Positions 11,707 through 22,292 of a DNA stretch of 64,000 bases are shown piece after piece. The translations under genes and the position numbers were made by a program. Under the pieces are notes generated by a model, which was not told the DNA's origin, made no database searches, and saw only the letters and a program-made list of their open reading frames with translations. Source of the DNA: Candidatus Acididesulfobacter diazotrophicus (GTDB taxonomy: Bacteria > SZUA-79 > Acidulodesulfobacterales > Acidulodesulfobacteraceae); NCBI GenBank assembly GCA_004195025.1, contig SGBB01000004.1, positions 53,478 through 117,477 on the forward strand, read 5' to 3'. Position 1 is the stretch's first letter; every line of letters begins with the position of its first letter.

Positions 11707-12114
11707 TTAATTATTATCGTTTATTATTTTATTATTGTCGTTTATTATTTTTAGAATCCTTGATGATTGTTCAATTCCGGGATCGTATTCAAAACTTAAA
11801 TCAGGTATTAATCTAAGTAAAACTTTAGAAAAAACTTCCTTTTTAATAAAATTCTTTGAACTTTTAAAACCGCTCATTGCTTTTTTAACTTCTTTTTCTG
11901 CATAATCAGAATAATTAATATCTTTACTATCGTAAATATTCCCGTTTTTTATAACAATAACGCTGAAAAAAATTTTGCAGTACCTCAGGTCTTTTGAAAT
12001 CTCTGCTCTAATAATCGTAACATTCTTAAGTCTGTCGTCATTAATCTTAAATTCTAATACTAATGAAATCTCATGGGCAATCAGTTCTGCAACTCTTTTA
12101 TTTCTTTCTATCAT
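11707..12114 (-). CDS. rbfA: Ribosome-binding factor A
   Basis: N-terminal RVAELIAHEISLVL-type motif and a 4-nt overlap with the infB stop. The C-terminus carries a duplicated IINDNN(K) tail. Confidence 0.85.
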   Translation of the reverse strand: MIERNKRVAELIAHEISLVLEFKINDDRLKNVTIIRAEISKDLRYCKIFFSVIVIKNGNIYDSKDINYSDYAEKEVKKAMSGFKSSKNFIKKEVFSKVLLRLIPDLSFEYDPGIEQSSRILKIINDNNKIINDNN

Positions 12115-14525
12115 AATGTTTGTTTTATATATTCAATTTCATAAATTTCTATTACATCGTTGATTTTAATATCATTAAAATTTTCAAGAGATATGCCGCA
12201 TTCGAAATTTGACTGTACTTCTTTAACATCATCTTTGAATCTTTTTAAAGAATCTATATGACCGCTATATATTATAATATTATCTCTTAAAAGTCTTACA
12301 CCCGCAGATCGCTTGACGACACCTGATGTTACCATACATCCTGCAACAGCGCCTATTTTTGGAACATTAAACACGCTTCTTACTTCCGCTTTTCCAATAA
12401 TAATCTCTTTTTCTATAGGAGCAAGAAGACCTTCCATTGCATCTTTAATATCTTTGACTGCATCATAAATAATATTATAATACCTTATTTCTATATTTTC
12501 AGTTTCGCTTAAAGCAAGAGCTTTAGGTTCAGGTCTAACATTAAAAGCTATTACTATAGAACCTGTAGCTTTTGCAAGCATAATATCGGATTCCGTTATA
12601 GCAGAAGCGCCGCTATGAATTGTTACAACCTTAACTTTATCTGTCGAAAGCTTATTAAAAGATTGCATTAGAGCTTCCATAGATCCATACACATCACTCT
12701 TAATTATTAATTTAAGCTCTTTTACATCGCCTGCTTTTATTTTAGAATATAAATTCTCAAGGGTCATTCTGCTTGAAGATTTATATTCACTCTCTCTTCG
12801 CTTTAGCTGTCTTTCTATGCTTATTTTTTTAGCTTCTTTTTCATCTTTTAAAACTATAAAATTGTCGCCGGGAGACGGGACTCCTTCTATCCCGAATATT
12901 TCTATAGGAGTAGACGGACCTGCTTTTTCTAATTTGTTGCCTTTATAATCCATCATTGCTCTGACTTTAACAAAATATAAACCGCATACCGCGCTGTCAT
13001 TAATATGCAAAGTACCGCTCTTAATCAAAATAGTCGCAACGGGACCTCTGCCTTTATCAAGCGCCGCTTCTATTACGGTTCCTCTGGCAGGCTTATCGGG
13101 GTTAGCTTTTAGCTCTAATATTTCTGCTTGAAGTATTATAAGTTCAAGAAGTTCTTTTAATCCCTGTCCTGTTTTTGCAGATACTAAAGAAAATAAAGTG
13201 GAGCCTCCTAAATCTTCAGACACCAATCCATATTCCATTAAGCTATTTTTAATTTTTTCGGGGTTAGCTCCGGGCTTATCTATTTTATTTATCGCAACTA
13301 TTATCGGAACATTTGCAGCCTTGGCATGATTGATAGCTTCAACTGTTTGAGGCATGACGCCGTCATCAGCCGCTACGACAAGAATTACGATATCAGTAAT
13401 ACCGGCTCCCCTAGCTCTCATTTCCGTAAAAGCTTCATGCCCCGGCGTATCAAGAAAAACAACCATAGAATCGCCTACTTTTACATTGTATGCACCGATA
13501 TGCTGAGTAATACCTCCTGCTTCGTTAGTCGTAACATTTGTTTTTCTTATGGCATCCAATAAAGAAGTTTTCCCATGGTCAACATGACCCATGACAGTAA
13601 CCACGGGAGCTCTTGGAACTAATGATCCTTCAGGATCTATCGCCTCTTCAAGCGCCACGACCTCATCAAAGCTGACATTTTCAACGGTATATCCGTATTC
13701 GGATGTTATAAGCGATGCTGCGTCAATATCTATAATCTGATTAATTGTGGCAATAATATCAACATCTAAAAGCTTTTTAATAACTTCGGAAGCTTTAACG
13801 CCAATAGCTTGGGAAAGTTCGTTAACGGTTATTCCATTACTTATTTTAATTACTTTCTTTGATTGTTTTTTTTCTGTTATTAACGTTGAATTATATTCAT
13901 TATGGTGTTTATTGAAATCTTTAAACATTTTAAATCTTTTTCTAGGTTTTCTTGGAGCTACATATTCTTTCTCTTCTATAAGGTCTATAATTTTTTCATT
14001 TTTTTTAGGTTTGGCAACGTTTTGTTTTTTTACGATATTTTTCTTTAATGATTTATTTTCCGATAGGTCTTTCGCTTCATTTGAAGGCAAAATTACCGGT
14101 TTTTCTATTTTTGAAATTACTTCTGAATCTAATTTATTTTTGGTTTTATTTTGTAAATTTTCAGTATTTTCTATACTCTCTGATATATTTTCTTTTACCG
14201 GAGCGTTTATTAATTTGTCTGACTCATTATCATTGATAAATTTGCTCTGTTGTTCATTTGTTTTATCCTGATTTACCTGATTTACATCAGTCTGCCTTAC
14301 ATCAGGAACGGAACCTTCTCCTTTATCAATATTTTCCGAAGATATCGCATCTTTAGATAATGAATCTATCAAATTTTGTTCGCTTTTATCCTTATTGTTA
14401 TCATCGTTGATGGATTCAACTTTGCTTGACCTTCTTCTAATAACTCCCCTAGAGACTCTTCTTTCTTCAGTTTTTAAAGAATCTTGCGAACTGCTTTCAT
14501 TTATTACTTCATTATTATCTGTCAT
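12111..14525 (-). CDS. infB: Translation initiation factor IF-2
   Basis: G-domain motifs [24 protein letters not shown] and NKIDK, with a long low-complexity Lys/Asn/Glu-rich N-terminus. It lies downstream of nusA. Confidence 0.95.
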   Translation of the reverse strand: MTDNNEVINESSSQDSLKTEERRVSRGVIRRRSSKVESINDDNNKDKSEQNLIDSLSKDAISSENIDKGEGSVPDVRQTDVNQVNQDKTNEQQSKFINDNESDKLINAPVKENISESIENTENLQNKTKNKLDSEVISKIEKPVILPSNEAKDLSENKSLKKNIVKKQNVAKPKKNEKIIDLIEEKEYVAPRKPRKRFKMFKDFNKHHNEYNSTLITEKKQSKKVIKISNGITVNELSQAIGVKASEVIKKLLDVDIIATINQIIDIDAASLITSEYGYTVENVSFDEVVALEEAIDPEGSLVPRAPVVTVMGHVDHGKTSLLDAIRKTNVTTNEAGGITQHIGAYNVKVGDSMVVFLDTPGHEAFTEMRARGAGITDIVILVVAADDGVMPQTVEAINHAKAANVPIIVAINKIDKPGANPEKIKNSLMEYGLVSEDLGGSTLFSLVSAKTGQGLKELLELIILQAEILELKANPDKPARGTVIEAALDKGRGPVATILIKSGTLHINDSAVCGLYFVKVRAMMDYKGNKLEKAGPSTPIEIFGIEGVPSPGDNFIVLKDEKEAKKISIERQLKRRESEYKSSSRMTLENLYSKIKAGDVKELKLIIKSDVYGSMEALMQSFNKLSTDKVKVVTIHSGASAITESDIMLAKATGSIVIAFNVRPEPKALALSETENIEIRYYNIIYDAVKDIKDAMEGLLAPIEKEIIIGKAEVRSVFNVPKIGAVAGCMVTSGVVKRSAGVRLLRDNIIIYSGHIDSLKRFKDDVKEVQSNFECGISLENFNDIKINDVIEIYEIEYIKQTL

Positions 14526-14528
14526 AGT

Positions 14529-15824
14529 TTAATTAATTTCCCTGTTTATCCGTTCTTTAAGTTCTAAATCTGACTGCAGACGATTAAGTAAATCCTGAGC
14601 GGATTGGATAGTTTTATCCGCTTTTTTAATATCAATAGATAAGTCGTTAGCTAATTTTTCAGGATTTGCGCCTGCTATAATTTCAACGGTAGAATAACCG
14701 ATTTGATAAAGCGATCTTGCAATAATGTCTCCCACGCCGGGAATATCCATAAGCATTTTATATCCTTCTACATCTTTTTTGGCAGCTTTAGATTCAGAAA
14801 CAACATCTATTTTATAACCCGTCAAGTTAGAAGTAAGTCTAACATTCTGCCCCTGTCTTCCTATTGCAAGAGACAATTGATCGTCAGGGACGATAACGGT
14901 TATAACTTTAGTTTGGTTATTAAGCAGAACTTTTGACGGCTCAGCAGGGCTTAGAGCATTTGAAGCCAACTTAGAAGGGTTATCGGAATATTCGATTATA
15001 TCTATTTTTTCCCCTCTTAATTCATTAATGATGTTTTGTATCCTGAAACCTTTAATGCCGACACATGCTCCAATAGGGTCTATATCTCTGCTGGTGCTGT
15101 AAACTGCTACTTTAGATCTGAAGCCGGGAGCCCTTGCAACCTTTGCAATCTTTACTATTCCGTCATAAATTTCAGGAACTTCGGATTCAAAAAGTTTTAT
15201 TAAAAATTCGTCCGATACCCTCGAAAGAATAAGTTTTGGTCCTCCTTTTTCCATTCTAATATCTGATAGCACGGCTCTTATTCTGTCGTGAGACTTATAT
15301 GTCTCGCTAAAAATTTGTTCCTGTTTAGGCAAAACTGCTTCGGTTTTTCCGAGGTCTACAATTATCATTGATTTTTCTACTTTTCTTACAAGACCGTTGA
15401 CAATTTCGCCTTTTCTCAGATTAAATTCATCAAATATATTTTGATGTTCAACTTCTTTTATTTTCTGAAATATAATTTGTTTAGCAACTTGAGCTTCAAT
15501 TCTCCCATAAATATTTTTTTCTACTTTGAGACCGAGACTATCCCCGATATGACTGTCGACATCATATTCAACAGCTTCCTGAAGCGTAATCTCTGTTTTA
15601 TCATTCTTTACTTCTTCAGCCACATCTTTAAACATAAAAACTTCAATTTCTCCTGTTTCCTCAGTATAACGAGCTTCCAAATCGTAGCCGCTCCCGATAT
15701 TTCTACGTGCAATTGCAAGTATAGCCTGCTCAATGGCTTCTATGACTAAAGATCTGTCAATGTTCTTGTCTTTAGACAACTGATCTATAACTGAAGAAAG
15801 CTGGTCGGTATTAAGTTGCGCCAC
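14529..15824 (-). CDS. nusA: Transcription termination/antitermination factor NusA
   Basis: 431 aa with an S1 region and two KH regions (GACVGIKGFRIQNIINEL, AIGRQGQNVRL) and a C-terminal HhH region. It sits between rimP and infB. Confidence 0.95.
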   Translation of the reverse strand: MAQLNTDQLSSVIDQLSKDKNIDRSLVIEAIEQAILAIARRNIGSGYDLEARYTEETGEIEVFMFKDVAEEVKNDKTEITLQEAVEYDVDSHIGDSLGLKVEKNIYGRIEAQVAKQIIFQKIKEVEHQNIFDEFNLRKGEIVNGLVRKVEKSMIIVDLGKTEAVLPKQEQIFSETYKSHDRIRAVLSDIRMEKGGPKLILSRVSDEFLIKLFESEVPEIYDGIVKIAKVARAPGFRSKVAVYSTSRDIDPIGACVGIKGFRIQNIINELRGEKIDIIEYSDNPSKLASNALSPAEPSKVLLNNQTKVITVIVPDDQLSLAIGRQGQNVRLTSNLTGYKIDVVSESKAAKKDVEGYKMLMDIPGVGDIIARSLYQIGYSTVEIIAGANPEKLANDLSIDIKKADKTIQSAQDLLNRLQSDLELKERINREIN

Positions 15825-15866
15825 AATTAAACTCCTTGACTAATATAAAATATAAAATTAAAATTT

Positions 15867-16370
15867 TTATTCTGCTATTAAATTTGCTTTTTTTATTTGC
15901 AAAAAAGGTATTACGTAATTTTTATTATCTATTTCATCATATATTTTGATATTTGCATTTAATAATTCTTTTTCACCTGTTTTATTTGTTATATCTGAAA
16001 CATCAATAATCTTTCCTACGAAATTTAACCTTCCGTTAATTTTTTCATTTAAAGATATTTTAACACGTTTATCTTTAAATCTTATATAATCTTTTATTTT
16101 AAAAATTACCCTGTCTATTCCCGGCGAAGATATTTCTAAGTTATATTTAAAATCTATCAATTCTTTTATATCAAGAATCATGCTTAATTCTTTAGAGATA
16201 TCGGTAAGCTGGGATATGTTAACCCCGCCTTCGGCATCAGCATAAATTCTCAAAACAACTCCTTTATTTTTTAAAGAAGAAACAAATAAAGCTCCGACAA
16301 TATAGCAGCCGTAGTATTTTGCAATATCCTCTGCAAGTTCTTCAATTTTTTTTAACAAATCATCATGCAT
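15867..16370 (-). CDS. rimP: Ribosome maturation factor RimP
   Basis: 167 aa containing LEISSPGIDR, immediately upstream of nusA. Confidence 0.85.
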   Translation of the reverse strand: MHDDLLKKIEELAEDIAKYYGCYIVGALFVSSLKNKGVVLRIYADAEGGVNISQLTDISKELSMILDIKELIDFKYNLEISSPGIDRVIFKIKDYIRFKDKRVKISLNEKINGRLNFVGKIIDVSDITNKTGEKELLNANIKIYDEIDNKNYVIPFLQIKKANLIAE

Positions 16371-16461
16371 AAATAAAAAAAGCGGGATAAACCCACTTTT
16401 AGATAAAACTTTAGTAATGATTAACTTTATTTTTTAATTATAAACAAATAAATGATAAATA

Positions 16462-17247
16462 TCAACAAAATAATTTATGATTATATTTGATTGAATATAA
16501 AAAAAGACCTTCTGGAGGAGCTTTAGTAATGTTTGAGGGAGTTTTGCCTTTATTAAGCAAATAATTTATATTCTCAATATTAATTTTACCTAATCCGCAA
16601 AGAACAATCGCTCCAATAATTCTTCTTACCATATGTCTTAAAAAACCCTCGCCTTCAATATAAATATTGAATCCATAATTTTTTTTTTGAATATTAATTT
16701 TAATTACCGTTCTAAAATAATCTTCAATATCTCTTTTTTTATCTGATTTTGCAAAATTTACGAAGTTATAATTTCCTATAAACATTTTAGAAGCTTCTTT
16801 CATTAAATCAAGATTAAGGCTATCTTTGATATACCATGAATATTTAGATAGCAGAGCGCTTTTAAATCCGTTATTTAATTTATAAAGATATGTTTTAGAA
16901 ATAGTATTAAAAGTTGCATGGAAAGAATCATGAACAATTTCTATACTTTTAACTGTAATATCATTGGAGGGTAAAACTCCGTTCAAGCTTGATTTTAATT
17001 TATGCAAATCAAGTAAAAAAGGTAATTTAAAATTAGCTACCTGATTTAATGCATGAACTCCCGCATCTGTTCTGCCTGAAACAAATAGCTCAATATCTAT
17101 TCCGGTTATTTTTTTAATCGCTTTTAAAAGTTCACCTGATATTGTTTTTAATTCTATTTTGCCAATTTCCGCAGCAAAATTATTTTGGATCTGCCATCCG
17201 TGATAATTTGACCCGTCATATTCTATAACTATAAGATAATTGATCAT
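16462..17247 (-). CDS. truA: tRNA pseudouridine(38-40) synthase TruA
   Basis: Catalytic motif SGRTDAGVHALNQV and N-terminal IEYDGSNYHGWQ. Confidence 0.9.
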   Translation of the reverse strand: MINYLIVIEYDGSNYHGWQIQNNFAAEIGKIELKTISGELLKAIKKITGIDIELFVSGRTDAGVHALNQVANFKLPFLLDLHKLKSSLNGVLPSNDITVKSIEIVHDSFHATFNTISKTYLYKLNNGFKSALLSKYSWYIKDSLNLDLMKEASKMFIGNYNFVNFAKSDKKRDIEDYFRTVIKINIQKKNYGFNIYIEGEGFLRHMVRRIIGAIVLCGLGKINIENINYLLNKGKTPSNITKAPPEGLFLYSIKYNHKLFC

Positions 17248-18773
17248 TTTCTGTTAACAATTTTAGAAATTATATATCTTAGAGATCTCAAAGACAATCC
17301 AAGTTCGCTTGCCAGCAGTTTTTTAGGCTGCCGTTTGTTTTCAATTCTATCAATAACGATATTGCTTTCAATATCACTTATAAATCTTTCTAAACTTATT
17401 TTATTTTTTATATTAATTTCATTAAATATAAAAATAATTTTTTTTAAAATATCTTCATATGCAGCGGTATTTATATCGGAAATAATATCATTATAATTTG
17501 AATTTTTTCTTAGGGTATCCGGAAGGCAATTTTCTGTTATATCCTCTGATTTACAATATATACATGCTCTTTCTATAATATTTTCTAACTCGCGAACATT
17601 TCCCGGATAATCATAATCAGCTAAAATAGAAACCGCATCTTGACCAACCGAATAAATTTTTTTATTATGTTCTTTAGAATAATTATTAATAAAATGTGAC
17701 ACTAGTAACGGAATATCCTCTTTATGTTTTCTTAAAGGAGGCATTTCAATATGAATAGCGTTAAGTCTAAAAAATAAATCTTCTCTAAATTTGCCCTGCC
17801 TTATTAACTCATTTAAATCTTTATTTGTTGCGGCAATAAATCTTATATCTAAAACATATTCTTTATTGGAACCAAGCTTTCTAAAGGTTTTTTCCTGTAA
17901 AACCCTTAAGAGTTTTACTTGAACAGGCATAGGCAGATCGCCTATTTCGTCAAGAAACAGCGTTCCTTTGTTTGCATATTCTAAAATACCTTTTTTATCA
18001 TAATTTGCGCCGGTAAAGGCTCCTTTAAGATAACCAAAAAGCTCACTTTCTATAAGATTTTCAGGAATTGCGGACAAATTTACCGGAACAAATTCGCCGC
18101 CGTTTTTACCGTTGGATAAATTATTAAAATATATATCATGGGAAAGCTTAGCCGCAAGTTCTTTTCCTGTACCTGATTCTCCTGTTATAAGCATTGTAGT
18201 AAAGCTTTTGGCAAAAATATTTATTTCATCTATAACTTTAGCTATTATAGCGGAATTTCCTATTATATTGCCTCGTAATTTGTCTTTATTGGCTAATTTA
18301 TTTTTTAAATTATTGAGTTCGTCATATATGGAAAAATAATCTATAGCTTTTTTTATCGTTATTTTGAATTCTTCCGTATCAAAAGGCTTTATAAGATAAT
18401 CAAATGCTCCGTCTTTTAAAGCGTTTACGGCAGTTTTTACATCGGAGTATGCCGTCATAAGTATTACCGGCAACTGATGATTTGTATGAGTATAATTTGT
18501 ATTTTTAAAATACTTTATCTTAAATTGACGAAGAAAATCAATACCGCTTATATCCGGCATTGAAATATCGGATATGATCAGATTAAATCCGTTATCTTTA
18601 TTATTGTCATTATTGTCGTCAATAATTTTTAAAGCTTCTCCTGCAGATAATAAAGCCGTAACTTCATATCCTTCATATTTTAAAAGTATTCCTAAAGAAT
18701 CTAAAACAGATTTTTCATCATCTATAATAAGGATTTTTTTACTGTTCTTCATCTTCATGTCCATTGTATTCAT
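17244..18773 (-). CDS. pilR: Sigma54-dependent response regulator (REC + AAA+ + Fis-type HTH), PilR-like by synteny
   Basis: It has a receiver domain (ILIIDDE...DISMPDISG), Walker A GESGTGKE, the sigma54-contact loop GAFTGA, and a C-terminal HTH. It lies downstream of a histidine kinase and pilC. Its stop overlaps the truA start (ATGA). Confidence 0.7.
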   Translation of the reverse strand: MNTMDMKMKNSKKILIIDDEKSVLDSLGILLKYEGYEVTALLSAGEALKIIDDNNDNNKDNGFNLIISDISMPDISGIDFLRQFKIKYFKNTNYTHTNHQLPVILMTAYSDVKTAVNALKDGAFDYLIKPFDTEEFKITIKKAIDYFSIYDELNNLKNKLANKDKLRGNIIGNSAIIAKVIDEINIFAKSFTTMLITGESGTGKELAAKLSHDIYFNNLSNGKNGGEFVPVNLSAIPENLIESELFGYLKGAFTGANYDKKGILEYANKGTLFLDEIGDLPMPVQVKLLRVLQEKTFRKLGSNKEYVLDIRFIAATNKDLNELIRQGKFREDLFFRLNAIHIEMPPLRKHKEDIPLLVSHFINNYSKEHNKKIYSVGQDAVSILADYDYPGNVRELENIIERACIYCKSEDITENCLPDTLRKNSNYNDIISDINTAAYEDILKKIIFIFNEINIKNKISLERFISDIESNIVIDRIENKRQPKKLLASELGLSLRSLRYIISKIVNRK

Positions 18774-20556
18774 ATAACGGTAATTTAATATTGATTAATG
18801 TGCCTTTATTCTTTTTACTTTTTATACTAATATTTCCGTTAAAATTATCTAAAATAGATTTGACTATTGAAAGACCGAGTCCAGTACCGTTTTTTTTTGT
18901 GGTAAAAAGAGGCTTAAATATATTTTTAATAATATCTTCGCCTATACCTTCTCCATTGTCATAAAATTTCACAATTAAGCAATTATTAACTTTATTTTGT
19001 TCAATTAAAAAATCTCCTGAAATTTTTATAGAACTTATTCTGATTTTGCCCCTTTTATTATTACCGCAATTTTTATATCTTGATTTAATAGAAGCTGCTG
19101 CATTTTCAATTATGTTCACAAATATCTGCTGTAAACGGTATTTTTCAAAAAATATATTTATTTTGCCGTCAATTCTATTTTCTATATTATAATCTTCCGA
19201 TGATTTAAATTGAGAAATTATGTATTCTGAAAAATCATAAAGATTAAAATATTCAAAATTCACGGAATTATCTATTATATTAATATTAAAAGTTTTAGTT
19301 TTAGTATTGACAAAACCAAGAAAATCTTTTACAAGAGACTCAAGCCTTATAGTTTCTGCTTTTATGATTCCCGTCAATTTATTAAAATCGTCACCGCTAA
19401 TTTTCACGTCTTCAGCAAATTTTCTATTTTCAGAATTTAAAATATCTATAGAGGTATTAATTGCAGAGAGGGGGTTCCTTATTTCATGCGCAAGCCAGCC
19501 TGCTAATTTTCCGGTAGCAATTAATCCTTCATTTATTTTTGCGTCAAGCTCCAATTCTTTTACGTATGATATATCTCTAAAAAGCAGAATATGCCAACCG
19601 GAATTGTTATTCTCTTTAAACTTAGAATAAGAAAAACCGATAATGCTTCCGTTATGTTTAACTTCAAAACGAACATTGTTGATTTTTTCATCCTCAAAAA
19701 TATTCAGCGGAAAATCTTTAAAAATATCGTCTATTCTTAAATTGAAATAATAGAATGTACCTGCTTTGCCTGTCAGGGACTCTTTAAATATCCCTGCTCC
19801 AACCAAATCCATTCCAGATCTATTTACGAATACAATATCATTTTTATCATTTAAAACTATAACTCCCTGCGTGAAACTATTAATAAGTTCTTTATTAAAT
19901 ATTGCGGCATTTTTCATTACCTCGTCTATTTCTATCACTTTATTACTTAAATATTTTATGTTTTTAGAAAATTTATATAAAATCCAGCCGAATATTAATA
20001 AACCTAAAATATTTAAACTTAAAGCAAATAACAATTTATCAGGATTATATAAATAATAATAATGATCTGGAACATTAAAATAAAACTGCAAGTCGGCAAT
20101 AAAACCAATAGTTAAAGAAGAGGCAACGGTAAAAAAAATAATCCCTGCGCCTAAAAAAATAAATCCGGCTATTAAAATTAATAAATAATATAAAAGGATA
20201 AGATTGCTTCCTAATCCTCCGTTTAAAATTACAAAAGCCGATATTAATATAAAATCAAAGATAAGCTGTATTAATCCAAATAAACTAAAATATCTTTCTT
20301 TTTTCTTTTTTCTAATATAATAATTTATAAGTGAGTATAAAACAGTAAGAAAAAGAGCGATGAATAAAAAAATAAAAATTTCAACTTCAGTATAAATAAA
20401 CAGGCTTGAATTATGCTTAATTAAGATAATCAGGTAGGTTAAAACAGCTAAAGAAATTGCAGTAAATCTAAAAACTATAATAAATTTTAATTTTTCATAA
20501 ATATTATCTCCTTCAATATTAAAATTCAAGTTCAGGCTTTTATGTGCCATATGCAA
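18739..20556 (-). CDS. pilS: Membrane sensor histidine kinase, PilS-like by synteny
   Basis: About six N-terminal TM segments, H-box HEIRNPLSAI, and an ATPase region with GTGLGLSIVKSILDNFNG. It sits between pilC and the NtrC-type regulator. Confidence 0.65.
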   Translation of the reverse strand: MHMAHKSLNLNFNIEGDNIYEKLKFIIVFRFTAISLAVLTYLIILIKHNSSLFIYTEVEIFIFLFIALFLTVLYSLINYYIRKKKKERYFSLFGLIQLIFDFILISAFVILNGGLGSNLILLYYLLILIAGFIFLGAGIIFFTVASSLTIGFIADLQFYFNVPDHYYYLYNPDKLLFALSLNILGLLIFGWILYKFSKNIKYLSNKVIEIDEVMKNAAIFNKELINSFTQGVIVLNDKNDIVFVNRSGMDLVGAGIFKESLTGKAGTFYYFNLRIDDIFKDFPLNIFEDEKINNVRFEVKHNGSIIGFSYSKFKENNNSGWHILLFRDISYVKELELDAKINEGLIATGKLAGWLAHEIRNPLSAINTSIDILNSENRKFAEDVKISGDDFNKLTGIIKAETIRLESLVKDFLGFVNTKTKTFNINIIDNSVNFEYFNLYDFSEYIISQFKSSEDYNIENRIDGKINIFFEKYRLQQIFVNIIENAAASIKSRYKNCGNNKRGKIRISSIKISGDFLIEQNKVNNCLIVKFYDNGEGIGEDIIKNIFKPLFTTKKNGTGLGLSIVKSILDNFNGNISIKSKKNKGTLINIKLPLYEYNGHEDEEQ

Positions 20557-20744
20557 TAAGGTAAAATACTTTTATCTTAATTTATAACTGCTTTAAACCT
20601 CGCCATAACCGCCGCCACTATTTAAACAAGACGAAAGTTAAACAAGATTAAAGTTGACTGATACAATTTTTATCTTTTCATAGCTATCTAATAAACTAAT
20701 AAAGTAAAGTTATAAAACATCCTTGCAGTAGGGGAGTTAAACAA

Positions 20745-21971
20745 CTATCCTTTAATTGCTTTTCCAAGATTAAATATGGGCAAATACATAGCTACAACCA
20801 AAACACCGACAACAATTCCAAGAAAAACTATAAGAGCAGGTTCCATCATTGAAGTCAAATTAGTTACCGCATTGTCAACTTCCTCGTCATAATAATCGGC
20901 AACTTTAGCTAACATAGCATCAAGATTACCTGTTTTTTCTCCAACCATTATCATTTGAACAACAAGGGGAGGAAAAAGTCCTGTTTTATTAATTGCAACT
21001 GAAAGGGGGGCACCTGAAGCTACATCTTCTTTTGTTTTAATTAAAGACTCTTCTATAATTTTATTTCCGCTTATTTTAGATACAATACCGAGAGCCGCTA
21101 AAATAGGAACACCGCTTTCAACCATTGTTGAAAGTGTCCTGGAAAATCTGGCAATAGAAACTTTTTTCAGCAATAATCCTATTAACGGCAATTTAAGAAT
21201 TAAACGGTCTATATTTCGTCTTCCGTTTTCCCTTTTATAATATGACTTAAGTAAGAAAACTGCAATGCCTATGGCAATAATTATATAAAGTATATACGAC
21301 CTGACAAAATCGCTGAAATTAATGACATCCTGCGTAAGACCCGGCAGTTTTGCGCCTACGCTGGCAAAAAGATTTGCAAATACAGGGATAACAAATGTCA
21401 ATAATATTACGATAACTGCAAATGCAACCGACAATACTATCGTCGGATATATCATTGCACCTTTCACTTTTCTTTTAAGTTTAAGAGTTTTTTCAAAATA
21501 TACGGATAATCTCTTAAAAACTTTATCTAAAACACCGCCCTTTTCCCCCGCATCAACAAGATTTATATACAAATCATTAAATACACGCGGAAATTTTTTC
21601 AAACTATCGGATAAACTTCCTCCGCTTTCTATGTTTTCTTTAATTTTTGATAAAATGCCTTTTAAATTTTTATTTTTTTGCTGATCTATCATTATGGATA
21701 AACCTTGCAAAATAGGGACGCCCGAATCTACTAATGAAGAAAACTGCCTTGTAAATACTATTAAATCGTTGTCGCTTATTTTAGTCTTTGGACTTACTTC
21801 CTTTGAAGCAGTTAGCCGTAAACTTAAGAATTCACTTTTCTTATCAACATTTATAGGATAAATATTATTCTTATGAAGTTCATCAATAACAATTTCAGGA
21901 CTTACGGCATCAATTTGACCCGTAATATATTCTCCTGTTTTTTTTCTGCCTTTCCATTGATAAACAGGCAT
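20745..21971 (-). CDS. pilC: Type IV pilus platform protein PilC (GspF family)
   Basis: 408 aa with two T2SSF repeats and three TM segments. The N-terminus reads MPVYQWKGRKKTGE, typical of PilC. Confidence 0.9.
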   Translation of the reverse strand: MPVYQWKGRKKTGEYITGQIDAVSPEIVIDELHKNNIYPINVDKKSEFLSLRLTASKEVSPKTKISDNDLIVFTRQFSSLVDSGVPILQGLSIMIDQQKNKNLKGILSKIKENIESGGSLSDSLKKFPRVFNDLYINLVDAGEKGGVLDKVFKRLSVYFEKTLKLKRKVKGAMIYPTIVLSVAFAVIVILLTFVIPVFANLFASVGAKLPGLTQDVINFSDFVRSYILYIIIAIGIAVFLLKSYYKRENGRRNIDRLILKLPLIGLLLKKVSIARFSRTLSTMVESGVPILAALGIVSKISGNKIIEESLIKTKEDVASGAPLSVAINKTGLFPPLVVQMIMVGEKTGNLDAMLAKVADYYDEEVDNAVTNLTSMMEPALIVFLGIVVGVLVVAMYLPIFNLGKAIKG

Positions 21972-22053
21972 AAAATTAACCTCTTAATAATTTTATATTA
22001 TATTTATATTATAATATAACATATTATAATTATACAATCAATTAATATCACCG

Positions 22054-22286
22054 CCCTAAAATTGCCGATAGAAAATTTTATACTGGATGACCGCTTAGCT
22101 CTCGGATTATAGCCTCGTGAACAGAAACGGCGTGCGTTTCTACTATCGGAACTTTCCCGCTGAAGCGGGTTGGGACTTTGAGAAGATTTATCGTTTCACC
22201 CGTCGGGTTTCATTCCTGCACAGGCACTAATCCTGTATTCTTAATACATTGCAGTATATTTAGCAATCTTTATCGGCAATTTTGGG
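22054..22286. mobile_element. 233-bp GC-rich MITE-like/structured element with 18-nt terminal inverted repeats, inserted between pilT and pilC
   Basis: The ends are CCCTAAAATTGCCGATAG (22054-) and TATCGGCAATTTTGGG (-22286). The interior has perfect hairpins at 22123-22141 and 22156-22169. Its end and core are shared with the 43029-43144 copy in the opposite orientation. Confidence 0.6.
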
Positions 22287-22292
22287 ACAGTA

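Noticed and set aside
13747-14271. 174-aa plus-strand ORF (and 13326-13562, 14048-14236) inside infB
   Set aside because: It lies antisense to the purine-rich, low-complexity N-terminal region of IF-2. The product is a Phe/Leu/Ser-rich shadow translation with no RBS and no recognisable motif. It is a typical antisense artefact.
22054-22292. Idea that the pilT-pilC spacer is a c-di-GMP (GEMM) riboswitch, since these often precede pilus genes
   Set aside because: Neither strand contains the conserved GEMM-I strings I remember (GGCAAAC..., ...ACGCAAAGC...). The sequence also belongs to a dispersed repeat family with terminal inverted repeats, which fits a MITE-like element better. It is reported as a finding without a riboswitch call.
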